Shown: piece by piece, positions 1-17,789 of the stretch | Numbering within the stretch: the stretch's first letter is position 1 | Layout: every line of letters starts with the position of its first letter | Origin: the human T2T-CHM13v2.0 reference genome, Homo sapiens | Direction: 5' to 3' (one strand) | Assembly (NCBI RefSeq): GCF_009914755.1 | Contig: NC_060928.1 | DNA length: 64,000 nucleotides | Translations under genes and position numbers: made by a program | The notes under the pieces: model-generated | What the model saw: the letters and a program-made list of their open reading frames with translations, nothing else | The model's database searches: none | Told to the model about the DNA's origin: nothing

Positions 1-360
1 CAGAATGCTCAGGTTTGTTACACAGGTAAACATGTGCCATGGTGATTTGCTGCACCTATTAATCCATCTCCTAGGTATTAAGCCCAGCATGCATTAGCTA
101 TTTTTCCTGATGCTCTCCTTCTCCCCAACCCACAGTAGGCCCCAGTGTGTGTTGTTCCCTTCCCTGTGTCTATGTGTTCACATTGTTCAGCTCCCACTTA
201 TAAGTGAGAATGTGTGGCGTTTGGTTTTCTGTTCCTGTGTTAGTTTGCTGAGGATAATGGCTTCCAGCTCCATCCATGCAGCTGCAAAGGACATGATCAG
301 ATTCCTTTTTACGGCTGCATAGCATTCCATGGTGTATATGTACCACATTTTTTTTTATCC
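1..360 (-). mobile_element. LINE-1 3' end fragment (older L1PA/L1PB-like), sense to KDR, in intron 15
   Basis: Reverse complement reads ...AAAATGTGGTACATATACACCATGGAATGCTATGCAGCC...TTCTCACTTATAAGTGGGAGCTGAACAATG...GTAACAAACCTG, the L1 ORF2-end/3'UTR pattern. The poly(A) end would lie just outside the window. Confidence 0.85.
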
Positions 361-367
361 CACTGAC

Positions 368-499
368 CTTCTATTATGAAAAATGCCTCCACTTTTGCAC
401 AGCCAAGAACACTGCATGCCTGGCAGGTGTAGAGGCCTTCGTCCTCCTTCCTCACTCTGCGGATAGTGAGGTTCCGGTTCCCATCCTTCAATACAATGC
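368..499 (-). CDS. KDR: KDR exon 15 (132 nt, c.2135-2266), end of Ig7
   Basis: TAG|GCATTG ... GAAG|GTCAGT; encodes [44 protein letters not shown]. Confidence 0.98.
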
Positions 500-827
500 C
501 TAACAGAGGAAGAAAACGATCATTCTCATTTATGATGATGTAGTCTGTGAAGTTTTTCAGGGAAATTTAGAAAATATAAATGCTGCCCTTCATCTTGTTC
601 TATTATCTAACTCTGTAGAGTCACATGGGATCTACTGCTGACTAATCTCCTATATGGCTTTCATGAAAATTCAACAGGGCCCCATACTCCAATTCTAAGT
701 CTGTGAAATGAGCCAGGTCATGGACACCAATACTGCTTTTTTTCTACATTACATCAAGAAATAATATGGCTTTTTAGATAACATCCCTGGGAAAGTTCTG
801 CAACCCAAGAGTGATAGCCAAATTCTA

Positions 828-1040
<213 letters not shown>

Positions 1041-1609
1041 TCAGCAAACTTTTAAACAGTTTAAATTTAGTAAAAAGGAACTTGTTGATATATTAACTTC
1101 TGGGAAAATACACTGGTCACTGGGTAAAGTTAAATGAAACAAGTCAGTCAGGACACTGCAAACAGATTAATGGCTTTTAACATTCATATTAGTGATACTA
1201 GCTGGTAATCCCATCACAAAAGAAAGGTTCAGGGTCACCTTTATGGATTTTTCCTCTAATTAGACACAGCCTCCCCAGGTGAAAACTTCCCTCCCATGAA
1301 GATTCTAGTAAATAATACCCTAGAATCCCTTCAAATTTCTCTTGGAAGTGCCAAATTTTAGTATCATTCAACCAATAATGCCTTACATTTATTTGGCAAT
1401 TCTTATAAAACTTGTTTACACAATTTGTGTTCCTCACTAGTGATCTTATGTAATGAGCAGAATAGGACTGTTAGCGTTATCTCACAGATGAAATAAATGA
1501 TGTTCAGCGACATTAAACCACTTGTCCATGTCCCTGCAACTAAGTAAACAGTTGAACTGTTTACAGAATCTGGTGAGGCTAAAAGACCAGTTCAGTGCTA
1601 TTTCCACTA

Positions 1610-1711
1610 AAACACAAACAAAACAACAATACCCTAAGGGAAGTCTTGGATTTAAAGAAAATGAAGCCCATGAGTATTTGTTTAAGTGTACAAGAACACT
1701 TTAGATTTATT
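1610..1711 (-). terminator. KDR: Intron-13 polyadenylation signal for soluble VEGFR2
   Basis: Minus-strand AATAAA at 1711-1706 (intron nt 1403-1408), CA at 1688-1687 and a downstream GU/U-rich tract ATTGTTGTTTTGTTTGTGTT (~1630-1610). Consistent with the known latent intron-13 poly(A) site (recalled, not checked). Confidence 0.7.
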
Positions 1712-3063
1712 CTTTCTTCAGATCATCAAAGTGCTGTGGAAATATCTTGTCCCAACCAACTGAACATCAAAAGGAATCATGCTGAAAAAATCCACGTCAA
1801 CACTTAGCAAAATGAGATTACCTCAACAGCGTACTACATTGAAGTCTAAGCAAATGTACTGGATTCTAGCCTATTTCTAAGAATAGGTTTTAGGAAAACA
1901 AGTTAGGAGTCCTTAGGGAAGCAAAGCAGCTAACTGCGAGCACATATTTTCTGGGCACAGCTAGGCCAGGAGCCTACTTCACATCTCTTTCTCAATTCTG
2001 CCATAACCTTGAAGCCAGACAAGCCAACAGAAAATCCATGTGATCTATGTGGTGTGACTTGAAGGATGCTGGGGATGACTTGACCCCAAAGTATCTCTTA
2101 TTATGACACCTGAGTCTTAAAACTAGCGAACTTTATGCTAGTGTCTGTCAGAAGGTGCCTCTTCAAATACGCCAAGGCCTCTGATGAAGACGTTACCCTC
2201 TAAAACTGTGGTATAGATGAATTTACTTGGGCAATTTCCTTCCTAACAGTAAAAAAAAAACAGAGGGCACATATATCCTAGGAATTGGAAAGGGACACCA
2301 CAAGAGGAGAAAATGGAGAGAAGTGGCACAAAGAGACGCTCCCCAAATTTGCCTGATTTTCCCACAGACAAAGCCATGGCTGCCCATCTTTTGCACAAGG
2401 CATGAGGTTAGACAAGGGGTAGACAGTGCCTCTATGGAGGAATTTACAGAGCTATCTGCTCACTGAAGTGATCGTCCCATTGACCTTGGGCTACGCTGGA
2501 TCATGTGGCATGACCCAGAGGTACAGACAGTGAATGTAGCTTCCTTCCCATGGAGTCTTCTAGGTCTTAAACGCAGCCCATCATCCCACTCTTCATGCAG
2601 CAGGTGCCTTATTGAGCAGTTAGTATATGCTGCTATGCTCTATGACTAGAGCTATAGCAGGGAGCAAAACAGAGAACAATTCCTGTTCTCATGGACACAG
2701 AGACCTCACTGTGCTGTGACTTCCCAGTGGTTGCCTATGTTCTCCTCCTTTCCTTCATGTTTACCACTGTGAATTTCTGACACTCTCCTAGCTCATAGCA
2801 GGCATTCCACAAATATTTGTCTATTTAAATAAATGGATGCCCAAGATAAGGCAGAAGTTTCCCTGGTTCAAGCTAATATCCCTTGCATATACTAGTGAAT
2901 TACTCCATCATCAGGTTTTGTTATTTTCTCCTTTCGATATATCATTTCATTATTATTAGCTTCTTTCTTCCTCAAGGACTTTCGGTGAAGAAGTGTGCAC
3001 CAGTTTACAACATAATCTCCTAGAGGACAGTAATCTTTGCATAGCACCTGAATTGCACTACAT

Positions 3064-3525
<462 letters not shown>

Positions 3526-4198
3526 TCAGACTACTACAAAGTACCAAAAGAAATGAAGCTCTATCCGTTCCAGGTGATGTACTACAACTTGACAAACAAA
3601 CTAGACAATTCAGGTCCCAAAATATCTTATTTGGCCAAACACATTACTTGAAAATGTAAACGAATTCCTCAGATATTTACCACATCTCCACTATGAGCTC
3701 TACGCAATGTTTAATATATTAAAAATCCAAAGCAAAATCTCTAATTCTAACAGAATTTTAAAATTAGGTCTTCATTAACACTAACACTCAATGATATGAA
3801 AGCTACATTTATGCCAATGAATTAGCCCTGGCTATAATATTCCATTCAGCACAATCAGCTAAAGCTTATCCATAAAACTAAGATGCACAGGCAAAATCGG
3901 CAGCATTGGGAGGGCACTGCTCCTATGTCCTTCTGATTGCCTCCATAAAGCCCACCCTCATCAACTGTTCCACAGCAAGCCCACCAATATGTACTGAAGC
4001 TCAATAAGCCAGGCACTGTGCCAGACTCTGAAGACTGAGATGTAAATACCACACAGAGCTTGTGGTTTAAAGCATCTGTGAAACCATTCTCTCTCCAGTG
4101 TAGTTAGACGCACTGACTTCACATAAGCCCAGGAGATACCTGAGAAGTTGTAATTTATGAATGAAAGCATCAATGATCAATCCAAGTCCTCTTTCCTA

Positions 4199-4471
<273 letters not shown>

Positions 4472-4559
4472 TCAGTCCAGCAGTCTCCACAATCACTCCA
4501 ACCTGCCTATGCCATTCCCACTTCTGCAGCGGTTGGACACGCTCAAATTTATGCAATTG

Positions 4560-4798
4560 CAGGTTGAGTATCCCTTACTCAAAACGCTTGGGACCAAAAG
4601 TGGTTTGGATTTTGGATTTTTTTTTTTGGATTTTGGAATATTTGCATTGTATACTTACCAGTTGAGCATCCCTAATCTGAAAATCCAAAATGCTCCAACG
4701 AGCGTTTCCTTTGAGCACCATGTCGGCACTCAAAAAGGTTCAGAATCTGGAGCATTTTGGATTTGGGGTTTTTAGGTTTGGGATATTTACTCAATTTG
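4560..4798. mobile_element. Tigger4a/MER46-like (Zombi) non-autonomous DNA transposon
   Basis: Starts CAGGTTGAGTATCCCTT, has internal CAGTTGAGCATCCCTAATCTGAAAATCC and ends ...GGGATATTTACTCAATTTG TA (degenerate TIRs), ~240 bp. Confidence 0.7.
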
Positions 4799-5142
4799 TA
4801 TAATTATGCTGCTGTGGAGCTCACACATTATATAAAAAGGGCTTTGGAAGCCATGAAACTAATGATGTGTTTTAATATGATATGATACACATTTTTTCAT
4901 TCTCATGTTTATAAAATCAGAATCACCCTACACAGATGCATAGATTTAATGTCATAGATGTTTTTATTTTTCTCTGATAAGCTATTAATAAGTTAATGGT
5001 ACTGCTAAAAGTCAATGGTATTTTCAAAGTGACTTAATACGCTCTATTTAATCATCCAGACTATTTGATTATTAATCTCCAATATGCCTCACATATTATT
5101 GTACCATCCTTCCATTAAAGAGAGAGAGATTTTCAAATTTTA

Positions 5143-5307
<165 letters not shown>

Positions 5308-5399
5308 TTATGATTTAATTTTTCTTTAATTAGAGTCAAGAGTAAGGAAAAGATTCAGACTTTGGTTATTCTGTTCTTAGAAATAACTTCCAACGCAGC

Positions 5400-6000
5400 C
5401 TACCATGGTACAAGACTTGGCGCCAATTAAAAATAGGCATTGACAATGAAGGAAAAGGTTCTAGGTAGATTCATTCAGGATACAGGAGGGAAGCAGCTAT
5501 TCTGGGAATAAACCTTCATTCATAAATTGGATCGACAAGACAATTCAAGTTAATTTAGTTCAAAGGAAGGCAAGGAAACTTAGAAGCCACTGGGCTCCTT
5601 AAAGTAATTTCTCTGGGACCATGGTCTCTGTGAAGGAAATGATCAGCAGCTGAGGAAGAAGCTCATAGTGGCCATTTCAAAAACAACAACAGGAAGTGGA
5701 CTGCTTAGGGTGGTGGTGGGTTGGCTGCTGTTGTTGTGTTTTTCCCTAAGGATGTCTGGACTTGTGTCAGAGCATGATAAGCTGGGCCTGAGACCCTGAG
5801 GACTGGGGCTGGGTCTATCACTGCCTCTCATCTATCAGCATTTCCTCTGAGAGATGGATCTTCACACACACAAGAAGGAGGGATGTGGTATTCACCAGCC
5901 GATTGGTATCGGGAGAAAAACCAAAGACTGGCAATTAGCAAACTGAGCAAATAGCCTGTGTTTGGAGAAGTGTACCTCACGGCTAACCTAACAAGGCTGA
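5400..6000. promoter_or_regulatory. KDR intron-10 endothelial enhancer (FOX:ETS type)
   Basis: Composite AAACAACAACAGGAAGTG at 5681-5698, GATA sites (TGATAA ~5776, CTATCA ~5815 and ~5832), SOX-like GACAAT (~5443, ~5539), TGGGAA ~5504. A Flk1 intron-10 enhancer is established; boundaries are approximate. Confidence 0.65.
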
Positions 6001-6206
6001 GCTTAGCTAACCCCAAAGGAGGATACTCCAAGCAAAGACATCCCCTAAAATGTAAGACACAGAGAAAGATGGATGGAGATTCAGGCTACCTCTTGAGAGA
6101 AAACTTTTTTTGGTTTAGGCTTCTCCATTTAGGATGGAGTCATATCATAGCTCAGCTGTAAGAAATGCAAGATGGCAGGAAAGCAAAGAGCATGTGGCCT
6201 TACTCA

Positions 6207-6398
<192 letters not shown>

Positions 6399-6550
6399 TC
6401 AGCTTTGAAGAATGGGAAATAGAGGATTTTAGCAACTAAAGCTGACTTTCTTTAAGCATATGATTTTGCTTCCACTTTCTTTTTCGAAGAACACCTAGAT
6501 GTGGAAACAAGAGACCTGAGTTCTAGTGATACTCATAAAAATAACAACTA

Positions 6551-6683
6551 GCCAGGCATGGGGGCTTATGCCTGTAATCTCAGTATTTTGGGAGGCCAAG
6601 GTAGGTGGATCGCTTAAGCCCAGGAGATCAAGACCAGCCTGGGCCACATGGTGAGACCCCATCTCTACCAAAAAAAAAAAAAA
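6551..6683 (+). mobile_element. Alu left monomer (FLAM/AluJ-like)
   Basis: GCCAGGCATGG...CTGTAATCTCAG...GACCAGCCTGG...A-tail, single monomer. Confidence 0.85.
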
Positions 6684-6879
6684 GGAATAAAGTAACGAAA
6701 TAAAATAAAAATGACAATAAGCTAATAATAATAATAAACTAACAAGCTGAATGACTTTATGGAAGTGTTGAAATCCTGTGCCTCTCATCTGTATTACAGA
6801 GATAGTTCTCTCTGTCCTCTCAAGTTTAGGAGATCAGGGAAAGGCTACAGAAAACAGCTGAAATAGCACAGTAAATACA

Positions 6880-7085
6880 TTTATTATGTGCCAAGCATTG
6901 TTTGAAGTGCTTTGCATGAATTCATTCACTTAATCCTCACAACCACTATTACTGTCCACAGCTTTATACGTGAGAAAAAAATGAAACAGAAAAAAATGAC
7001 TCGCCCAAGGTCACTCAGTTAACGAACGGCAAAACCTGGAACAAACCTAGACACTCTGACTTCTGAACCCAAACACGTAAACCAC
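6880..7085. mobile_element. MIR-like SINE
   Basis: TATGTGCCAAGCATTG...TTAATCCTCACAACC...TGACTCGCCCAAGGTCACTCAG. Confidence 0.6.
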
Positions 7086-7151
7086 CTCATGTTAAAGGAA
7101 GGTGTAAATCTTTAGAGAATGCATTCCTGCCACCATCATCTGAGTTTTTCA

Positions 7152-7267
7152 TTCTCTCTCCCTCTTCCTCCCTCCCTCTCCACTCCCTTTCCCTCTTCCC
7201 CTTTCTTCCTTCTCCCTTCTCTCACTTCCTTCTTTCTTCTCTCCCTTTTTCCTTTCTTTCTTTTTTG
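7152..7267. repeat. CT-rich low-complexity tract
   Basis: ~115 nt almost purely pyrimidine on the + strand. Confidence 0.8.
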
Positions 7268-7557
7268 ACTCCAAAGTCAAAACTATTTCCTTATTACTGT
7301 CAACCTAAAGCCTCAGATTATGCTTTGAAGACTTGACTTCTTTTTTATGTTTATTTCATATAGCAGAGAATTTGCTAAAGTGAATAAAATATTTAGTGGC
7401 TTCATGAACTGATGAAATGGGCTATTTGCTGTCCGTGTTTTGTTTTTATTTCCTGTTCATTTCCTCCTCCCATCCTACTTATACACTTTCCAGTTTCTCC
7501 TCTCCCCAGTCCCCTACACCTATGCTGCTTCTAAACAACCTTTTTGGAACCTGTTAA

Positions 7558-7878
<321 letters not shown>

Positions 7879-8870
7879 TAATAAAGCCAAGTTCAGCGGC
7901 CTACAGAAGAGTATCAGGACACGTAGGGAAGCACCTTAATGTCATGGGAAAATATCCTGAAGTTTTAATATGCCGTACCAGAAGGGGGAACAAAGAATTA
8001 CAACAGAGAAGCATTTCTCGAACTGTTTGGAGTGAGAGATTAATGAATTTGCTCAGGGGAAAAAAGGTGCTCTGGTCAAATAGGTTTGTTAAACCTTGAA
8101 TACTCTATGTCTCTCCTCCTGGAGAATACCAATATACATTAGCATATAAAAGGTTCTGCGAAGTCCTGCAATAAAGAAACCTGTTACACATCTACACATC
8201 ACCTTAGCACCTCTCACACTCACTTGACCATGGCACCCTTCTCCCCACTCCATTCCAAACACTTATTTGTACCTTTCAGTTTCAGAAAACAAAGTTCAAA
8301 TTATCTTTACATCAAAAACTTACTATCTTTCCTTTACAGACTCAAAATCAGATCCTGAACTCCTGTCAAAAAGGAAAAAAGAAAAGCTCCCAACCAAGCC
8401 AACAGTGTCAACTTCAAAAGCCTTCAGAGTTGGAACGTGCCTGCACATCTCTGATACATCAACTACAATATCAAACTAGAAGCTTTGCACAAAATCTAAG
8501 GAGAAGGGTCTTACACATCTGTGTACCAGGTGGGCAATTCCATGAGAGGGGAACATGGTAGTATAACTTAGCTTGACAACTGTCCCTGTGGGCATTCTTA
8601 TTTCACAACATTTAGCTATCGAGGGTATCACTACTTTAATCTTGCATTTGTCCACCACAAAGCTCATTTACACGGCCTCTTAAACAAACATGGCCAGAGC
8701 ACATGGTCCTACGTTTCACTTCAGCTTCACCACGCCAGATGACTTTTGTACGCAGGCCCAGCCATGATATGAGTGAAGCAGCAGGAGGCAGAGGAACGGT
8801 GGTTTGGCTGATTTGGAAGACAATGTATCATAATAAATCTTGGGCAGAGAGGAAAATTGAATGGACTCAC

Positions 8871-9034
8871 CATACACAACCAGAGAGACCACATGGCTCT
8901 GCTTCTCCTTTGAAATGGGATTGGTAAGGATGACAGTGTAATTTCCTGTGTCTCTTTCACTCACTTCCATAATCGTCAGTACATGCCCCGCTTTAATTGT
9001 GTGATTGGACTCAAGGGGTATTCCATTTTTATAC
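8871..9034 (-). CDS. KDR: KDR exon 9 (164 nt)
   Basis: TAG|GTATAA ... TATG|GTGAGT; encodes [54 protein letters not shown]. Confidence 0.98.
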
Positions 9035-9120
9035 CTATGAAAAAAAATTCTCAGGAATTAGTATAGTCAAAGGATTTGCTCTCACACGAAATGATGCTTT
9101 GCATTTATTTCCAGTAGTTA

Positions 9121-9264
<144 letters not shown>

Positions 9265-9659
9265 TCAACTTACTGTAAATGGTCATTTGATTTAGTTTTT
9301 CATTTCAAGTGAAACGTCAAAGACCTTGAGGGTCTGAGTAGCTGCAGTTCCAAGATTTCCTGTACTATCTTTCAGTGGGTCACTTTTCAGCTTCTCCCAC
9401 ACCTCCCGTGTTTCTCCCACACCTCCTGTGTTTGCATTTGCTTTTCTCTCCCCGCTAGTGCACTCCCACAAGCCTAGTGATTGCTCAAGTCTCAACTCAA
9501 ACACTTGCTCCTCTGTGCAGCTTTCTCTAAGTCCCCCAGGGATGCTTGGGTGCTCCTTCTCCTCTGCTCCCATGACAGCCTCCACACACCTCTTCCACCA
9601 TGAGGCCCCAGGACTCAGTCCTCAGACCTCCTCTTTATTTACACCTTCCTCTAGCCTCA

Positions 9660-10135
9660 GGTTTAAAGTATCATTCATGTACCTCCTAAATGTGTTATCT
9701 TCTGCCCTGACTCCTCTGGGTTCCGGGTTGATATGTTAAATATCTCCACTTGGATGTTTAACAGGCATCTCCAGATAAACATATCTAACACTGTTTCCCT
9801 AAATCTCACTGCCTTCTCGATCTTTGCCATCTCAGTAAATAACACCATCATTTACTCAGTTGCTCATGCTAACGCTCGAGTCATCTTCCACTCTTTTTCT
9901 CTTATACTCCACAACCAATGAATTGATCAGCGGACCCTGTTGACTCTACCTTCAAAATATATCCAGAAGCAGATCACCTCTCACTACCTCCACCTCAACT
10001 ACCCTTGTCTAAGCCACCCCTCAACTCTCACTTGGATAACTGCAATTAGCCTCCCAACTGTCCTCCTTATTTCTGCCCCTATTTCCCTGAAGTATTCTGG
10101 AGAACAAAAGTAATTCTATAAAAACATAAGCCAGA
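9660..10135 (+). mobile_element. L2 LINE fragment
   Basis: ATCTCCACTTGGATGT..AGGCATCTC, CTACCTTCAAAATATATCCAGAA and CTAAGCCACC...CTTGGATAACTGCAATTAGCCTCC are typical L2 motifs. Confidence 0.7.
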
Positions 10136-10170
10136 GCACATCTCTCTCTGTGTATTTTGACAAGTGCTTC

Positions 10171-10453
10171 TTGGCAAGTGAAATAATTTAAATAAATTTA
10201 GGACACTTAGTGATTTCTATTTTGTTCATTCAGAAGAAATTTTCAAGTTCTTGCTAGGGATGCCACGTGACCTAGAGGTCAAGAGCATAGCTTTGTAGTC
10301 AGGAACTTGAGTTCCAATCTCAGCTTCAAAGATGAGATGAGCTAATAAAGTAAGTGCTCACTAAATCATACTTGTTATAGTTGTTGCCACTTTTATGATT
10401 ACAACTCTAATAAATAGCATTATCTAAGGTATTTTTAAAATTTCACTGTATTG
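10171..10453. repeat. Left arm of ~285-bp inverted repeat (partner 11452-11740)
   Basis: Hand alignment to the reverse complement of 11452-11740 gives ~84% identity, including a 42-nt exact block TGACCTAGAGGTCAAGAGCATAGCTTTGTAGTCAGGAACTTG. Confidence 0.95.
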
Positions 10454-10616
10454 ATGCATTCCCATAATATAAACTCCAAAATCCTTTCCAAGGCTTATAA
10501 GTAGGATGCCACACAAATTACCATGTAAACTCAGACATTTATGTAAATGAAAGAGAATAAACAAAAAATTAAGGTGATTTTCTCAAGGCCAGTTCAATTT
10601 AATTCCAGTTCAATTA

Positions 10617-11386
<770 letters not shown>

Positions 11387-11451
11387 TATATTGCTAAATG
11401 TTTCCCCAGTTTGCAAAGCTCATGCTTATTCAAGTAGGCCTCTCAGCCTTG

Positions 11452-11995
<544 letters not shown>

Positions 11996-12436
11996 TTACC
12001 CAATAACTTCTAGTAACACACAGAATTAAATCTGGGCTTTGGTAAACATTATTTAATGCTAAAAACAGGGACACCAGAACTTTTAACCTCATGCAGACAA
12101 CAAATATATTTTGTTTCAGGAGAAATAAATGGAACCAACTGAATTAGGATTTTTAAAACCTCACGTGGTGAAAGTGAGATGGATATAAACTGCAGAAACA
12201 CAAGTAAATGTGACCACTGTTTAAGGAGCAGTGTATCTCATGCCACCTCTTAAAGAGAAATTCCCTTAAAAGGAATGTAGATCAAAAACTTTGGAGAACA
12301 GAGAAATGACATAATGTGGAAAGATGTAATCACCTAGAGAAAACTAATATTCATAGCCTGGCTATTGCAGAATAGGACAAAATTCCTGGTATTTCACCTT
12401 TTGGTGGGTGCTATCTGTTCTGCAATTCCCTTAAAT

Positions 12437-12483
12437 TGTGTGTGTGTGTATGTGTGTGTGAGTGGGTGTGTATGTGTGTGTGT
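12437..12483. repeat. (TG)n imperfect microsatellite
   Basis: Direct reading. Confidence 0.85.
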
Positions 12484-12540
12484 TTAAGGCTCTTACATTT
12501 TATCTGGCCAAAGAGGCCCCTATCTCTCAAGCAAACTTCA

Positions 12541-12822
<282 letters not shown>

Positions 12823-13295
12823 TTAAAACATGCCACATTGTTTTTCCCTGCAGGCCTCACCAATACTTGGTAGCTCCCAGGAAAATGGCCAACAGAGGTT
12901 TACAAAGCACTACCTTCACAGATCTCAAAGATGTTGTAACCCAGTGGACAGAAAAGTAGTAAACTTTCAGTGGTCAGTAGCCCTAGGCCAGTAGGGCCAG
13001 CTTTAGCAAATTGCTGAAGTTTCCATAAAATAGTCATAATTGAAATAATTGATAGCAAGCAATGCTCTGAACATTGAATTCTTCATAAAATGTGCTCGAG
13101 TAATACCATTCGCTTTCATCCTTTTTTTAAAAAGTTTTCTTTTTCTTCCTTAATCTTGGCAAGAAAAGAGACAACCTCAATTGCACATGGGTTTATTTGG
13201 TAGAGAAGAGCAGATGAATTGCCCAACACCATATCCTGAGTTCCTATACTTTTCAATATCCTTCTTCACTCTATGTTGTTATCTCCAAGATCTTA

Positions 13296-13622
<327 letters not shown>

Positions 13623-13674
13623 TCATTGCATTTGACCCTTCCTAAAGGATCCTTAAAACTCATTGTGAATATTA

Positions 13675-13935
<261 letters not shown>

Positions 13936-14545
13936 TCATTTTTCAGGTTCCTAAACTCTAACCAGACAAGTGAATGACTGGAAGTGACACCTCACACAAC
14001 CAAAGGCATCCACAGATTATTCTGCTGATAGATATCTGTGCTACATGAGGGTGTGTGTGTATGTGTGTGTGTGTGTTTGTGCATGCACATGCATGTGTAT
14101 ATATCTGTGTGTATAAAAATTTTGAAAAAAAACTCCCAATTGAGATTGACTCCTTTCACAAGGTTTATTGACAAGCAGAATATATTTTTATAGATTTCAC
14201 ATTTTAAAAGATTAATCATTATAATTTTTTCAAAATGAAGGATAATATTTACTTTAAAATTTAAAGTTAAATCTATACACTTTACCGACAAGTTTTACTA
14301 ATATTTAAAATACTCATGTGCTCTCTCTTTAGGTAAATAATGTAAATTCCATGAAAATAAATGAATGGATCCCAAAGGATCTTTAGATTAACAGGAAACA
14401 GCTAACACTTTTGAATTTGGTTATTCAAGAGGACCATTCATGTGAGCATTTTAAGATTCTGAAGACTAGGGATATGATTCTTTCTAAAACCATGTTTAAT
14501 TGTTTTTGCATTTAGTTTAACATTTAGCAGTCATTGATATCTTCA

Positions 14546-14903
<358 letters not shown>

Positions 14904-17062
14904 GATTTCAAGGCCAATCAAACATTACTCATACAATGTTAACATGCTGCTGGAAACCTAGTCCATTCCTCAGAGATAGAGATGATGTGGTGTGGAGTCA
15001 TGCTTGAAATCTCAGAGAGATAACATTTCACATTGCTATGCCCAACACATCTCATCAAGCATTCTCAGAGTGCTTCATAATAGTCAGTCAAAGTGAAGAA
15101 AGAGTTAATTAAACCACAGGGGACAAAGGCAGCTAATTCCCTGCAACAGCAGAAGTTTGATTTCCTTCCCAGCTGGAAAGCACAGAAAAGCAGCCAATCT
15201 AGCCCACCACATGCCATAGCCATTATCTTATGAGGCCAGGGCTCACTTCCTGGCTCCATCCATTGCTGAAGAGAATGGGGTCAGAAGACTAGGGAAGTAA
15301 GGTGGCGACCAGAGGGGACATTAAACACCTATCCATAGAGAATACTTCAGTGTTTCCTTTCCCATTGTTTAACTTCATGGCCAAAATCTTGGACAGCCCA
15401 ACTCCTAGAACTTTAAGCTTAGACAGGAAGCAGAATTTAATGGTATACCCAAAGACAGGCAGTGTACCAATAAACAGTGCTAGGGATTGCCACTTCTTAA
15501 TATTGCCTACCTTTCATCCACATGTTATGAAATACTACATAACTTGCTTACAGAGCAAGCCTTTGGAAGCTAAATTAACCCTTTGACGTAAGACTAAACC
15601 TATTTAGTAAATCAATTCTATTTCGGTATCTCAAAAAAAGGAAATAAACAAAAGAAACCCAAACCACCACCCAGCTTCTCAAAATAAAATATTTACTGAA
15701 ACTCATGAAATGAATTTTCACATGTCTCCAAGTTTCCTGACTTAGGAAGAAGTAAATAATGAGATATGGGGGATGTTCATCTTGTAGTATTTCTAGACAG
15801 GCTGAAAGCAGGAAATCCTTGCAATCTTCTGACCGAGCTGCATCTCTCAAGACTGCCAGGTCAAAAGGAGCCAGAAATTCTCCAAGATGTGAGCCTTGTC
15901 TCTTTCAAATCTTGTGGAGGGAAGGAGGAGGGCACAGAATTCTATCTTTGACAGTGCTTACTCTGGGCAAAGATATTTCTCAAACATTGTGAATCCAGTG
16001 GCATAGGTTATTTTGATGTGGTCTCCACTTTTTCATTGCACTGACCATATTACACTACTGAAATGTAAGCAGAGATATGCAAGTGTGTTTCCCAAAGCTG
16101 ATGAAATTCTTGCCCTGTAAAAGCTGCTTCTGGGAAAAAAGTCTAAGTCATCTTCACCTGTCTCAAATACTCTGGGATGTAAAAAGGCATATACGTAAAT
16201 ACATAAAATGTCTGTTTATCTTCACTGAAAAGAAAAATATTTGGTACATCCAACCAAACTATGATGCAGCCCTTACATTCCTTAAATTTATATCATAGGG
16301 ATCTCATTAGTTAAGTTAGGTTTTCACAGAAAAGATAAGATAGTGTAAGATTTTTGAAACACAAAAGAATGCATAACTCATTATAAATGCAGAATATGTG
16401 TGACATTTATTTTATACTATATGGATGTTAAGTCAGCCTTCATAATATCAATCCCAAACTGCACATCCTAGAAAGATACAGCATATCATCCAAGATCTCA
16501 GACCAAACAAGCAAAGGAAAGAAACATTGTCCTGAAAAGAGTCTGAAGCAATGTCTTTATTTGCACATGAGTATGGGAATTGTTTTTTATGAAATACTAG
16601 TAAGAAAAAAAGGTTCCTATGTGCAAAAAACTCCAGAGCCCTTGGCAAAAAATGCTTTCCTATGCATTCTTGGGAAAATCTCCTACTCTGCTGTAGATAA
16701 CTTATCTCTCCACAGAAATTTCTCCATAATTCACCCCCAAATCTTCCTCGATTTCAAGAATTTTAGGTTTTCTTCTCAAACATAGGAAGACTTTTTATAA
16801 GTCTCAATGGCCAACAGTGAACACAGATTTACCTTGGAAACAAAGATCAGACCCAAACTAACTGGGCAAAAAAGAGGTAACACGGCCCAAGCTCCAGAAT
16901 CAATGAGTCTTATTTCTCAGAGAAAGCCTCAGGAGAGAAGAATTGTGTGTATTCCTCTTGGCAAACAGCCTTTAGAGCAAGCCCTTTGTTGTACTCAATT
17001 CTTCTTTGAGCCTATTGTCTTTTATAACTGGTAAAGAGACGTGGGAAATGAATTTTATTTCA

Positions 17063-17275
<213 letters not shown>

Positions 17276-17383
17276 TTAATTTCAGGGAGGTATTAATATG
17301 AAGTGCCAGACTGTGAGGCTATTTCTAAGAAAAGAGAAAATTTGGTTTTGAAACTTAAATAAACTCTTCAACAGACACAGTCA

Positions 17384-17696
<313 letters not shown>

Positions 17697-17789
17697 CTAC
17701 CAACAAGTCAGATTGACATATGATGAAAAGTTATAAACTCAGCTTCAGAAGTCACTTATAAAGATTCCTGAGTTTTCCATTAATTAATG

